Assembly: GCF_964355755.1 (NCBI RefSeq) | Contig: NC_092671.1 | Span: forward strand, 25,184,070-25,248,069 | Direction: 5' to 3' | Origin: Antedon mediterranea | Lineage: Eukaryota; Animalia; Echinodermata | DNA: 64,000 bases | The notes under the pieces: generated by a model | Database searches by the model: none | What the model was told of the DNA's origin: nothing | The model's input: only the letters and a program-made list of their open reading frames with translations | Program-made: the position numbers and the translations under genes | In this document: piece after piece, positions 23,181 through 36,199 of the stretch | Layout: every line of letters begins with the position of its first letter | Numbering within the stretch: the first letter of the stretch is position 1

Positions 23181-26100
23181 ATCGAAGCCCGGTGGTCTAG
23201 AGGCATGAACGCCAGGCTATTGATCTGGAGGTCGTGGGTTCGAGTCCCACCCGAGAATTACTTGGGTATTGTTTATCAAGTATTCTCAATGTAGGCCTAC
23301 TTGTATAAAAGTACAAATTACGTCAGATTAAGGCAAAACATCTGTTATGCAGTAATCATACAAACCCTGAGATTAGGTGTTTTCTCCGAGAAATGTGTAG
23401 AAGTATGGAATATTTAAGAGAAATATCAAGGTTATACATTATATGGAGATTATTGTATTTAACTACTGTGGATAGCTTTGGGTGAGGGAGTTAAGTAATT
23501 GGTCATTATTATGTTTGCCCTACTCGTTTTTTCCAATGTAGGCATACTTAGTATAAAGTACAAAATTACGTCAGAGTAGGGCAAACATCTGACCAATTAT
23601 AATTATTCGGTTTATATTATGGTGATTTAAAAAAAAATTATATGTAGTAATTATGTAAAAATAATATAAACTTAAAAAAAAAAAGAAAAAAAAGTAGTTT
23701 ACATACCATCGTCTGTATAGTGACGTCAGCACCGAGTGACAATAACAAGTACATGCATTTTCGGTGACCGGCTAAACATGCTTCATGAAGAGGCGTTAAT
23801 CCACGCTGTAAATGATTTTAACACAAATAAACAGTCGGAGTTGTCTCTTCAACGTCATCGTCGATTTATTGCATCATTACCATCAGTATATCAGTATTAT
23901 CTATTTAGCATCATCTTCATTCATTATCATTGGCAAATGTTTATTGGTCCAATTCTCTTTTCACAGGAAAGTACATAAACGAACTAACATTCAAATAACT
24001 TAATCGTAATCCGTATCATGTTCACAGTCATCGTCGCGTCACAATCATGTACAATTTTGCTGTTTAAAGCAACTCGCCAATTACATAATGGATAAACTAT
24101 TTTATATTTTACTAGCAATATATACCCAATATATAGGCCAATATCTATTATCGCCATTATCAACATCAATTTGTTTATCATATCACAATCAACAATTTAA
24201 TTTGCATCACTGCCATCGTCACAATTCCTTGATATTGCTAATGGTATCTTATTCGTAAGCCTACCTTACTCTTAGCATTGATGTGCCATGTTAGTCCTTT
24301 TGAAACGCCAGCCAGTATGATTGCAGCACTGCCACTGTTCGATGCCCAATGAAGTACAGTTCGCTCATTCTAAAAATACAAATTAAATAAACGTATGATG
24401 ATATTTTACTTTGTAACCAATATTCACACTGTATTGCATTTTAGCAATAAGAAATATTATGATAACAAAAAGAAATAGGATGACAATTAATCTTGTACTC
24501 GCGCAAACTTATTTTCGCCCTTTAAAGTTTTGTTTTGTGAAATATTTTGTTACAGTTTGTGAAAAACACTCAGAACACACTGGTTAAGTGTACCAACCCA
24601 AATTAGATGTTGATTAAGATTAGGCCTACTTTGCAAGCCAAATAAAAATAGTATTTTGAATTAAAGAACTTAATTGAAGAAAATCAAGTCGTTGGCCGGC
24701 CGGGAAATCTGAATTTCTTCATTTAAGACTAGGAAACAACTTAAGAACCTTAAGCTAAACGTCTAATTCTGGGCGTCCGTTCAAATAGCAGCTCTGGGCG
24801 TCCGTTCAAATAGCAGCTCTGGGCGTCCGTTCAAATAACAGCTCTGGGCGTCCGTTCAAATAGCAGCTCTGGTTATACTATAAAACAAATATTGGCTTTG
24901 CACAATTACATACATAATTTACCTGTTTTTGGATACCTTATCTGATTTGATCAAACGCGGCACTTATCGGAACAAAGGTATACCTTCTTTGGATAACACT
25001 GAATATATGATGATAAGAAGGTAATGAGATCAACGTCCAAAAGGATGACCCTCGTTCAGATTGATGTAAACATTTAGTTCCAAACTTGAAAGGCTAAGTA
25101 TAAGATACTACAAGATTTCAACATTATTATGTTCCCGTCCGTCCATGCTAAAATGCTCTAAGTATATAAACCTGTCTATATCATATATGAGTTTACATAT
25201 AGGAGTTTACATGTGAACTAGAAATAAACTAACTACGTCATACGAATGTCTTAAATAATTTTGTAGGATATTGGAGTACTGTTTGCAGTTTTAAATGATT
25301 TAGTCACGTCTAGCCTAGTTAATTACATCCATGTTGTCACTTTACAGAGATTCATCAAATAAAACAAAATATAAAATACAACTACAATTTAAAGAGAAAA
25401 CGTAATTAAAGAAAGCAGTGTTTATTTTAAATTTTATTGAGATAATGATACTGAAAATTGACTTCACATGGCAACATTAATTGTTACGGTCTTTTAGAGG
25501 ATTAGTTCCCGACACTAAAAACCACACCACATAGTCTCACGTCACCGGAGATAGCTATGTACAGTACCTTTTGCGACACTTTGACAGTAGAGAAAGTGCT
25601 TACTGCAAAGATTGTACGCGGCGCTATACAATCTTTGCTTACTGATCATTTGTTGGTATCTCACAATTAGAGGTGTTGCGCGTACTGCGTGACGCATCTC
25701 AAACAGGGCGCACGTACTATAGTTACAGATACTATAACAACGCTCACAAAACAAAAACTAGCAGTTCTTTGCTGGAAACTAATAAGCCAGTAACATCGTT
25801 TTAATTAATCGTCTCGCAAAAATCTCTTGAATAATTCTTACTACTTACTACAATATTTATAAATTGTCTCTTCTCAGTAAGTTAAAACTTTTTATGCAAA
25901 ATTTTTGAAAAGCATATGCAAGAAAGTATAACTCATTGCAGAGTTTGGCTTTCCGTAGCGTAGGCATAATGTGTACTTTTATAGCCTAAATTAATAAGAT
26001 AAGACCACTGATTGTTATAACTGATCATGTAATTATTGCCGAATGTTAAATTAATAGTTAAGTCGCACAAAATATTTTTTTTACATTTCTTTTTACGTAA

Positions 26101-29100
26101 AGCAATGGATAGTTCTAATGCCGACGTAGAATATACACGTTCGTCATCTCTCACTGTTACTAGACTACTTGACGATCTTGTAAGATTAGCAGTAGAGAAT
26201 CTGCACAATACTAAGAAGAGAAGGCCTATTAACGACAGCAAAGTATTTACGACTGTCGTCAAACAAACCAATTGCCATTAATAATCATATGCCAAAAGCT
26301 AACGCTGGGACATCCGGAGACACAACGTATGTGCTTAATAGAAGATTCACATTAGAAGAGTATTTGTCTACTTTGGTAAAGCCAATTGAGACAACGGATG
26401 GAATTGATTGGCCTAAAAGAGAAGATGGTGAACCAGATGTAACAGGTAATTTAAAATTGGTAGACCATGCACGTCATGTTGTTTGCTTTTTTTAAATTAT
26501 TTATATTTTGTTTTAAGGAAAAAAAATAAATGTTATTTTGCATTGGATTTAATTTAATATTGTTTGCCATTTATTTACTTGATTCATAAGGTTTAAAGAA
26601 TATCATAGATGGGAATGAAATAAGCCATTCAAAGACAACTGAACCACAGGCTAAGAAACCAGTCGATGATAGCGAAAGAAAGCCTCTACAAACGACTGGA
26701 CCAAAGACTAAGGAACCCGTCGACATCATCGATGATAGCAAAAGAAAGCACCTACAAATGACTGAACCAAAGACTAAGAAACCCGTCGACATCATCGATG
26801 TTAGCGAAAGAAAGCCTCTACAAACGACTGAACCAAAGACTAAGGTACCCGTCGACATCATCGATGATAGCAAAAGAGAGCACCTACAAATGACTGAACC
26901 AAAGACTAAGAAACCCGTCGATATCATTGATGATAGCAAAAGAAAGCATCTGAAAATGACTGAACCACAGACCAAACGATCCGTCGACATCATCGATGAT
27001 AGCGAAAGAAAGCATATGGAAACCACTGAACAGACTACGAAACCAGTCGACATCATCGATGATAGCGAAAGAAAGCATATGGTAACCACTGAACCGAAGA
27101 TTAAGGAACCAGTCGACAACATTGATGATAGCGAAAGAAAGCATATGGAAACCACTGAACAGACTACGGAACCAGTCGACATCATCGATGATAGCAAAAT
27201 AAAGCCTCTACAAACGACTGAACCAAAGACTAAGAAACCCGTCGACATCATCGATGATAGCAAAAGAAACCCTCTACAATCGACTGAACCAAAGACTAAG
27301 GAACCAGTCGACATCATCGATGATAGCAAAATAAAGCCTCTACAAACGACTGAACCAAAGACTAAGGAACCCGTCGACATCATCGATGATAGCAAAAGAA
27401 ACCCTCTACAATCGACTGAACCAAAGACTAAGGAACCAGTCGACATCATCGATGATAGCAAAATAAAGCCTCTACAAACGACTGAACCAAAGACTAAGGA
27501 ACCCGTCGACATCATCGATGATAGCAAAAGAAACCCTCTACAATCGACTGAACCAAAGACTAAGGAACCAGTCGACATCATTGATAATAGCGAAAGAAAG
27601 CATATGGAAACCACTGAACCAAAGACTAAGATACCAGTCGACATCATTGATAATAGCGAAAGAAAGCATATGGAAACCACTGAACCAAAGACTAAGGAAC
27701 CAGTCGACATCATCGATGATAATATTCAACTACCTCAAAGTAATTCAAAGAGATTGTTAAAGGCGAAGGATATAATCACTAGAAATTGTTTAAATGTAAT
27801 CCTTTCTTCTACCATGGTTTAAACAAATTTTGTTTATCATTACACAGGATTCAAATTACTTCACTCATTCAGAAGAAAAATTAGGAGGATATTTAAGAAC
27901 GATAACCGAGCATCCGAATATTTAGATGGTTATTTTAGAATTGATGAAGAAAATTTGGAACCAATCTACAATCGTCATGATTCTAAGCCGCATTGCTTAG
28001 GCTCTGGTTCTTCTGGCGTAGTAAACCTCATGGTACTTACTGAAGGTTATCAGAAGATGTTAGTAGCAGTAAGTCTTTCCCTTGTGAAGATTCATTATCA
28101 AGAAAAAAGAAAAGAAAAATTAATAAGAAAATAACTAGAGAACTGAAGGTAATTCTTATTACTATAATGTTTCCCGAACTTCTCCATTTACAATGAAAGT
28201 TTTACAGTACATGTCTGTGCATATAAATGAATAAAAGCACATTTAATTTTTGTCACAGTTTATGGACAGACTTCGTGAAATTCCAGAGTTTCCAGAAATC
28301 TATGGTGTCTGCAAAAATCAAAGTGGCTATCACATAATCATGGAATTTATTGGCAATAAAGAGATCAGACAGTCACAGACTATCCTTGATGAGTTTCAAA
28401 AACAATACAACAATGGGTTTCCTTACACAAACAGAAGACGGGATATCATGTGGATGAACATTTTCCTTGACATCGTCAGAGGCATTCGCAAAATGCATGA
28501 AGTGGGTATTATTCACTGCGACATTGCTCCAAGAAATGTTCTTTTATACAAGAATAAATATAAAAGGTAATAATAACATTCATAATAGTAAAGTATAACC
28601 TGTAAATTTAAAAGCTGTAGATCGAATCGCATTTTGCATTCACCAAAAAATTATTAACAGTCCAATTAAAAATAACAAATTATAGACATAATTCTTGATA
28701 TGCAGATGTCTAAACCATTAAACCACTGGGTCTTCATATTATACAATATAATTATGTTTTTTACAGGACTGCTGCGAAAGTTATTGACTTAGGAATTGCT
28801 TGTGATAAGGAAAATCCGCGCTGGGTTTCACTTGGTCGATTCCGACGAAAGTCAACAACAGATACAATTATGGAGCTAAACAGTTTTGTTGCGCCCGAGT
28901 TTGCGAATGGCACCTGCTGGAGCAGGGGTGGACATTTTTCAACAGCCACGGACGTATGGTCATTCGGAAACATGCTGGATGAAACAACGCCATTTGTCAC
29001 TGTACGCACCAAGGCAAAACTACAAAAGTTAATTGAAGGATGCACAGTAGAAGATCCTACCTTAAGAATAACAACGGAACAAATCCAATAGAAATTGGAA

Positions 29101-30105
29101 TCATTAATTCTGAAGATACAGATGGAATATCCTAGATTCATATTATAGTCTACATTGTAGTTGATATCATTATTACCTTATCATGTTTACATTTAATGTT
29201 TTTATGTGGATCTCCAAGTAGATTTATAATAAATGTTCAGTATATTTTATATTAGTTGTGAAGAAAACAATGTACAGGTATTTGTGACAGCTAAAATACT
29301 AATATCCGGAATGGTGTCAAATAAGTTTTAAGCGTCAAGGTATTCGTTCAGAAACAATAATACACTTTCTCAACGCCTAACGTTCAAAATGCAAGATTTG
29401 TTATATGATTCAGTGATAAATCAAAGTTAGCTTTAGGCGTGAATCGTAATCCTATTTATACACAAATATGACAATTCCTTAAAAAAAAAAAACAACAAAA
29501 AAACGTGAATCAGATTGATGTATATACACTTGACATGTAGATATATCTTACATAGACAGACACACTATTTGAGTCATTAAAATTATACAAAATTGAAAAT
29601 CTCTTTTGAAAGAAAATAAATAATTAATTAGGCTATCAATCGTCTGACATTACTTATTCTCTAATATTTGCCTTATATAAGACCTTGCAATTTTATTCAA
29701 ATGCAATAAATACGATTCCCAAACCCAAATAGTGTATACACATTTCTATAGTTACAACGTTTATTGTAATTTTTGGATACATAAAAGCTTCTGCAAACAT
29801 CGAAACCTTTGTAAAATAATGTTCACTTTATTTCCGCAACAATGATTTGGTTGCAGATTTACTTGCAATAAGTGATATTAAAGCTGTTCTCCATAAAGCT
29901 GAATGTAAACATGCACAATACTATACTATATAGCATTATTACTTCATTGAATGAATGTGTTTAAAAACAATGCAAGACTTACATTATCTTTTTGTAGCAC
30001 ATCCGCACCATCATTTAGAAGTTGTTTAAATCTTCCAACATCAGCAACTTTGGCGGAATAAAGCAGTTCAGAAATAGTATCTGTATCGTCCTGTTCACTT
30101 CCCAT
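19638..30105 (-). CDS. Ankyrin-repeat / coiled-coil / Ser-Arg-Pro-rich protein, 4 exons (30105-29983, 24369-24265, 21034-20954, 20618-19638), about 429 aa
   Basis: All three introns are phase-0 GT-AG. Exons 1-3 each encode part of the ankyrin repeats: ELLYSAKVADVGRFKQLLNDGADVLQKDN | NERTVLHWASNSGSAAII...HINAKSK | VGKTPIEYAIEQRHTGCMEVL. Exon 4 is the open 19638-20594 ORF plus 8 codons. Confidence 0.85.
21046..21708 (-). mobile_element. Helentron/DINE-like non-autonomous element (second copy at 61449-61819)
   Basis: Subterminal inverted repeats CGCTGC(TGC)TC / GAGCAGCG, terminal palindrome AAGAAATATTTCTT, sits in an A/T run, absent from copies A and B. The reverse-complement copy at 61449-61819 lacks the internal about 21086-21358 segment. 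Confidence 0.65.
23186..23345 (+). mobile_element. tRNA-derived SINE (inverted copies at about 22995-23100 and 9610-9710)
   Basis: A box TGGTCTAGAGG and B box GGTTCGAGTCC, followed by body CCCGAGAATTACTTG..., whose reverse complement occurs at 23078-23100 and 9663-9690. Confidence 0.7.
24768..24872. repeat. 25-bp tandem repeat, about 4.2 copies
   Basis: TCTGGGCGTCCGTTCAAATAGCAGC repeated four times. Confidence 0.95.
26105..29148 (+). pseudogene. Tyrosine-kinase-like pseudogene, copy 1 (exons 26105-26445, 26591-27739, 27848-28148, 28259-28566, 28767-about 29148)
   Basis: Paralogue of 32686-35497 with a +4 AAAC duplication at about 26265, a 1-bp deletion in the VAVK codons at about 28070, and TCG>TAG at 29089-29091. 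Confidence 0.88.
26637..27720 (+). repeat. Coding tandem repeat, 66 bp / 22 aa (TEPKTKEPVDIIDDSKRKHLQT-like), about 16 units
   Basis: Visible in ORF 26758-27822. The paralogue at about 33390-33897 has about 8 units. Confidence 0.93.
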
Positions 30106-30995
30106 TGTATGTATTTCACAGCTCAAATTTGACATTAATTTTAAGAAAAAATTCAACAAATGTACTTCGATTCGACGACAAGTAAGCAGACTGTAACGTT
30201 ACGGTACTCGTGGACATGACTTTGACCCCAGAAGCAATATACACTGATATTATTGTTTGGTTTTACCTCATCGATACTATCAAAACATGTGTTCTATTGA
30301 CAAAGTTTGATACAAATAATCGTAAGTGCCCCTTCGACCTCGTTAGTGTAGTCATCTGACGTGCTATATTTACATTATATACAACATACCGTGCAGGAAA
30401 ATTGACATTGTCATTCAATTTCTTTTTTAAATGCATGTTGTGTAATGGGAATTGTTTGTGCTGGTTGATGTTAACGCTGTAGACTACTTGGTAAAGCTAC
30501 AGTACTATTATTGGTTTTGAAAACTTCTCTGAACACATCGGTTCCTGCGGACATGGTCTTATTAATGATAGTGGTCAAGTGTTTTTGAAATTGATGATGA
30601 ATGCTGAATAATAAGCTTTTTGCCTGTAATACAGCATTAAAACATAAAACTCGCAATGTAGTACAACACACAAAATGTATGTTAAAACCTGGGATGCTGG
30701 TAGAGTAACAAAAGAAACTAAGCCATATTATAAACTTCATACTTGGTAAAACTCGTTTCAAAAGTATTTTAACAAATGGTGCAGCGTATAGAGGCACTAG
30801 AACCATCAATGATCACTAAACAATGTGTGCTCAATTTAATCTAAATATGCGTGTAGGTCTACTAACTTTTAAGAAAAGTAAATACACAACTAAGCTCAAT
30901 TGTTCATTGTTATTAAATCACGAATCACGTGATAGATATTGTAATCAAATAAAACATGAAATTTGTAAAATGAATATTAATGTTAATGATGATCC

Positions 30996-31290
30996 TAATA
31001 ATAATAATAAAATCCTGGATTTATATAGCGCCTAATTTGTGAAACCTCTAGGTTTTGAACATTATTACTGCGATCATTTATTGCATCAAACACGTATGGA
31101 AACATACTCCCATAATGCAGCTAGTAATAATCAGTGCAAAGTTGTGTCTTGATCTAACCGGGTGCACATTTATACACCTGGGTGAAGAGAGAGGCAAACG
31201 TAAGTAAAATATCATGCCTAGGGATACACCCAATGCGGCAGAGTTGGATTCGAACTGCGATCTCACGTTCAACACACTGCGCCACACACC
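30996..31290 (-). mobile_element. tRNA-derived SINE (Meta-domain-like core, L2-type tail)
   Basis: Minus strand reads TGGCGCAGTG (A box), GTTCGAATCC (B box), core GCCTCTCTCTTCACCCAGGTGTATAAATG, then GCGCTATATAAAT and an (ATT)n tail. Confidence 0.72.
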
Positions 31291-31329
31291 CTAATGTATC
31301 AATAAGTAAATTATTAACAGTAACTGTAA

Positions 31330-32045
31330 GTGCTGCACAGAAAACAATTGGTATAAAGACAAAAAAATGATAGACTTAATTATGTACAAGACAATCCAAT
31401 TGTCAAAACTCACTGTTGAGAGGTCTGAATTACGTCGTCATTTAAACTCGTGTAATGCCCCGAAGGATCGAAGTTTATTGCGTACGTATATTAATAAGAA
31501 AAAGAATGCAATTTCTAAACGATTGAAAAACACATTGAGGAAAAGAAAGCAAATAAAATTGACCGACAGTATCACTACAACAAATGAAACCAAGAACATT
31601 TTTGATACTGTAAAATTACTCTGCGCAAACAAGAAAACTAACATCACAAAAATGGCGGTAGTATGATTCATTCAAATCAAAAGAAAGCGGAAATTCAACC
31701 AATAAATGCATTTGATGGTCCACCAAGAAAGTTAAACTACCCAATAACTGTCAATGAAGTGGTGCTTCCTCTTTAAAAAATAATAAAGCTTGTGAACCAG
31801 ATTTGATTAAGTATGCAAGTGATGAAGTCTATGTGCTTTATGCTTGCATCATGAATCAATGTTTTGAAAGAAATCTACAGAGTATAACTGAAGGTTTAAT
31901 CACTCCACTGCAAAAACCTGAAAGACCTCTTTCATTGAGCAACGTTATTTGCAATGCAATGCCATTGATTATTTATACACGTATTGAAGAAAACGTTAAC
32001 AATTATACAGGACCCTTCCAAAGTGCTTATTTTATAAAAGAGGTC
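31330..32045 (+). mobile_element. Degenerate LINE (RTE-like) ORF remnant upstream of the RT core
   Basis: Fragments LITPLQKP-ERPLSLSN...IYTRIEENVNNYTGPFQSAY resemble RT domains 0-1. Frameshifted. Confidence 0.6.
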
Positions 32046-32685
32046 TAAATATAATACAACTACAATTAATTAAAACGTATAGATAGTTTATTGATACTGA
32101 AAAGTGATCACACTAGGATTAGTTCCCATCACCAACAACCACACCACGCGTAGTCTCACTAAATATAGCTACGTACAGTACCCTTTGCGACACTTTAGCA
32201 GCAGAGAAAGAGCTTACTGCTGATATCATTATTGTTGGTGTCTCAAACAGGTGTTGTTACGCGTTCTGCGTTCTGCGTCCCGAACAGGGCGTACTGCCAT
32301 AGTTACAGATACTATAACAACATTCACAAAATAAAAACCAACAGTTCTTCGCTGGAAGCTAAACCAGTAACATCGTTTTAATAATCGTCTGGCAAATATA
32401 TAATAAATAATTTGTTACTACTTACCACAATTTTCATAAATTTTCATTTTTCAGTAAGTTGAAACTTTTTATGCAAAATATTTGAATAGTCATTATGCAA
32501 GAAAGTTTAAAGCATTGTAGAGTTTGGTTTTCCGTAGCGTAGGCATACTCTGTACTTTTATAGCCTAAATTAATAAGATAATAAGACCACTGATTGTTAT
32601 AACTGATCATGTAATTATTGCCGAATGTTAAATTAATATTTAAGTCGCACAAATAAATGTTTACATTTCTTTTTACGATAAAGCA

Positions 32686-35497
32686 ATGGATAGTTCTAAT
32701 GCCAACGTAGAATATACACGTTCGTCATCTGTCACTGTTACTAGACTACTTGACGATCTTGTAAGATTAGCAGTAGAAAATCTGCACAATACTAAGAAGA
32801 GTAGGCCTATTAACGACAGCGAAGTATTTACAACTGTCGTCAAACCAATTGACATCAATAATCATATGCCAAAAGCTAATGCTGGGACATCTGGATACAC
32901 AACGTATGTGCTTAATAGAAGATTCACATTTGAAGAATATTTGTCTACTTTGGTAAAGTCAATTGAGACAACGGATGGAATTGATTGGCCTAAAAAAGAA
33001 GATGGTGAACCAGATGCAACAGGTAATTTAAAATTGGTAGACCATGCAGTAACTTTGAACGTCATGTTGTTTGCTTTATTATTACTATTTATATTATTTT
33101 TTTGAAAGCTAAAGAAATAAATGTTATTTTGCATTTGGATTTTATTGAATTCAATTCAATCAATTCAACTTTATTTCAGACAAACTGTCCATATGAAACA
33201 CATAAAGTTTACAAAAACAACACATTATTATGGCTATACTGATACTAGTTAACACACGTAAAAGTATACATGAGATTAAATATACAAAAGTTCTGTCCAT
33301 TTCTGTGAATATTTTTTGCCATTTATTCATTTACTTGATTCATCAGGTTTAAAGAACATCATCGACGGAAATGAAATAAGCCATTCAAAGACGACTGAAG
33401 CACAAGCTAAGAAACCCGTCGACATCACCGGTGATAGCAAAAGAAAGCATCTACAAACGACTGAACCAAAGACTAAGGAACCAGTCGACATCATCGATGA
33501 TAGCAAAAGAAACTATCTGAAAATGATTGAACCACAGACCAAAAGGTCCGTCGACATCATCGATGATAGCGAAATAAAGCCTCTACAAACGACTAAACCA
33601 AAGACTAAGAAACCAGTCGACATCACCGGTGATAACATAAGAAAGCATCTGAAAATGATTGAACCACAGACCAAAAGGTCCGTCGACATCATCGATGATA
33701 GCGAAAATAAGCATCTACAAATGACTGAACCAAAGACTAAGGAACCAGTCAACATCACCGGTGATAACAAAAGCAAGTATCTGAAAATGATTGAACCACA
33801 GACCAATAGGTCCGTCGACATAATCAATGATAACGAAAGAAAGCATATGGAAACCACTGAACCAAAGACTAAGGAATCAGTCGACAACATTGATGATAAT
33901 ATTCAACTACCTCAAAGTAATTCAAAGAGATTGTTAAAGGCGTAGGATATAATCACTAGAAAATGTTCAAATGTAATCATTTTTATAGGTCTACCGTTAT
34001 TTTTAAAAAAATGTTGTTTATTATTACACAGGATTCAAATTACTTCACTCATTCAGAAGAAAAATTAGGAGGATATTTAAGAACGATAACCGAGCATCCG
34101 AATATTTAGATGGTTATAATAAAATTGATGAAGAAAATTTGGAACCAATCTACAATCGTCATGATTCTAAGCCGCATTGCTTAGGCTCTGGTTCTTCTGG
34201 CGTAGTAAATCTCATGGTACTTACTGAAGGTGATCAGAAGATGTTAGTGGCAGTTAAGTCTTTCCCTTGTGAAGATTCATTATCAAGAAAAAAGAAAAGA
34301 AAAATTAATAAGAAGATAACTAGAGAACTGAAGGTAATTCTTATTACTATAATGTCTCCCGAACTTCTCCATTTACAATGGAAGTTTTACAGTACATGTC
34401 TCTGAATATTTATATAAATGAATAAAAGCACATTTAATTTTTGTCACAGTTTATGGACAGACTTCGTGAAATTCCAGAGTTTCCAGAAATCTATGGTGTC
34501 TGCAAGAATCAAAGTGGCTATCACATAATCATGGAATTTATTGGCAATAAAGAGATCAGACAGTCACAGACTATCCTTGATGAGTTTCATAAACAATACA
34601 ACAATGGATTTCCTTACACAAACAGAAGACGGGATATCATGTGGATGAACATTTTCCTTGACATCATCAGAGGCATTCGCAAAATGCACGAAGAGGGTAT
34701 TATTCACTGCGACATTGCTCCAAGAAATGTTCTTTTATACAAGAATAATTATAAAAGGTAATAATAATAATAATACCCATACATAACCTACATGATACTG
34801 TGTAAGTAAAGTTTAAACTGTAAATTTCAAAGATGTTGGTTAATGTTTACGACAAACAGCATTTAGCATCCACTTAAATATAATAACTGGATCAATTACA
34901 TAAACGTAACAAACCATATCCATGATGACTCTAAATAAAAAACACAACAATACAACAATATCAACATTTAAACGCATTAGAAGAAATTCTAAATTTGAAA
35001 CGATAAAGGAGAGGACGTTGATGAGAATGAGAAAAATTCTAACTCGGAACCTTCTGCTTGATATTTAGATTGGAATTGGAAGTCTTTCATGGTATACAAT
35101 ATAATTATGTTTTTACAGGACTGCTGCGAAAGTTATTGACTTAGGACTTGCTTGTGATAAGGAACATCCTCGCTGGCTTTCACTTGGCCGATTCCGACGA
35201 AAGTCAACAACAGACCAAATAATGGATCTAAACAGCTTTGTTGCGCCCGAGTTTGCCAATGGCACCTGCTGGAGTAGAGGTGGACATTTTTCAACAGCCA
35301 CGGACGTATGGTCATTCGGAAACATGCTGGATGCAACAACGCCACTCATCACTGTACGCACCAAGGCAAAACTACAAAAGTTAATTGAAGGATGCACAGT
35401 AGAAGATCCTACCTTAAGAATAACAACGGAACAAATCCAATCGAAATTGGAATCATTAATTCTGAAGATACAGATGGAATATCTTAGATGCATGTAA
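32686..35497 (+). CDS. Non-RD tyrosine-kinase-like protein kinase with N-terminal 22-aa repeats, 5 coding exons (32686-33022, 33347-33916, 34032-34333, 34450-34757, 35119-35497), 631 aa
   Basis: Compatible intron phases (1,1,0,2) give 1896 nt with no internal stop. Motifs LGSGSSGVV, VAVK, HCDIAPRNVLL, KVIDLG, FVAPE and DVWSFG. The exon 2 donor at 33916/33917 was chosen by phase and is less certain. Confidence 0.88.
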
Positions 35498-36199
35498 TCT
35501 ACATCATCGTTGTTACATTGTTAATACCTTATCATGTTTACCTTTAATCTTGTTATGTGGATCTCTTAGTAGTTACAATAAATTCAATTATATTTTTTAT
35601 ATTGTTTGTAAAGTAAATAATGTAGGCCTATTTGTGACAGCTAAAATACTAATATCCGGAATGGTGTCAAATAATCGTCAAGGTATTCGTTCAGAAACAA
35701 AAATACACTTTCTCAACTCCTAACGTTCAAAATGCAAGATTTTTTATATGATTCACTGATAAATCAAAGTTAGCTTTTGGCGCGAGTCGTAATCCTATTT
35801 AGACACAAATATGACAATACAACTCGACATTTAAAAAAAACAAAGATTCGTGAATTAGATTTATGTATATTGACAGGAAGATTTATCTTACATACACAGA
35901 CACAATATTTGATCAATTGAAATTATAAAAAAACTGTAAATCTCTGCAGAAAGAACATAAGTAATTAATTAGGCTATCAAAAATCTAACATCAAAACTTG
36001 TTTATTTTAAAATAATATTCACTTCCGCAACCATGACATTTCAAAAATTGATTTGGTTGCAGGCTTATTTGCGACTAGAAATCATCAAGTGTGGTATTAA
36101 AGCTGTTCTTCTTAAAGCTGAATGTAAACATGCACATTACAATACTATTTATAGAATTATTACTTCATTGAATGTGTTTAAAAACAATGCAAGACTTAC

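Larger units (their letters stand above)
25367..30421. repeat. Tandem duplication block 1 (kinase gene plus ankyrin exon 1)
   Basis: Collinear with 32047-36630, from AAATATAA(A)ATACAACTACAATT to the region upstream of ankyrin exon 1. Confidence 0.9.

Noticed and set aside
23186-23260. Functional tRNA gene (also 58943-58995 and 62088-62150)
   Set aside because: A/B boxes are present but the acceptor stems do not pair well, and the sequences continue into repeat bodies, so they are SINE-derived.
24921-24990. Additional ankyrin-gene exon bounded by AG/GT
   Set aside because: Stops in all three minus frames, and exons 1 and 2 join in frame without it.
26571-27713. Hydrophobic 380-aa minus-strand ORF (also 33513-33890) as a membrane protein
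   Set aside because: Antisense shadow of the kinase repeat exon, whose plus frame splices in phase to kinase exons.
10661-27720. Common origin of the 66-bp minisatellite and the 66-bp kinase repeat
   Set aside because: Same period, but I see no convincing sequence similarity on either strand.
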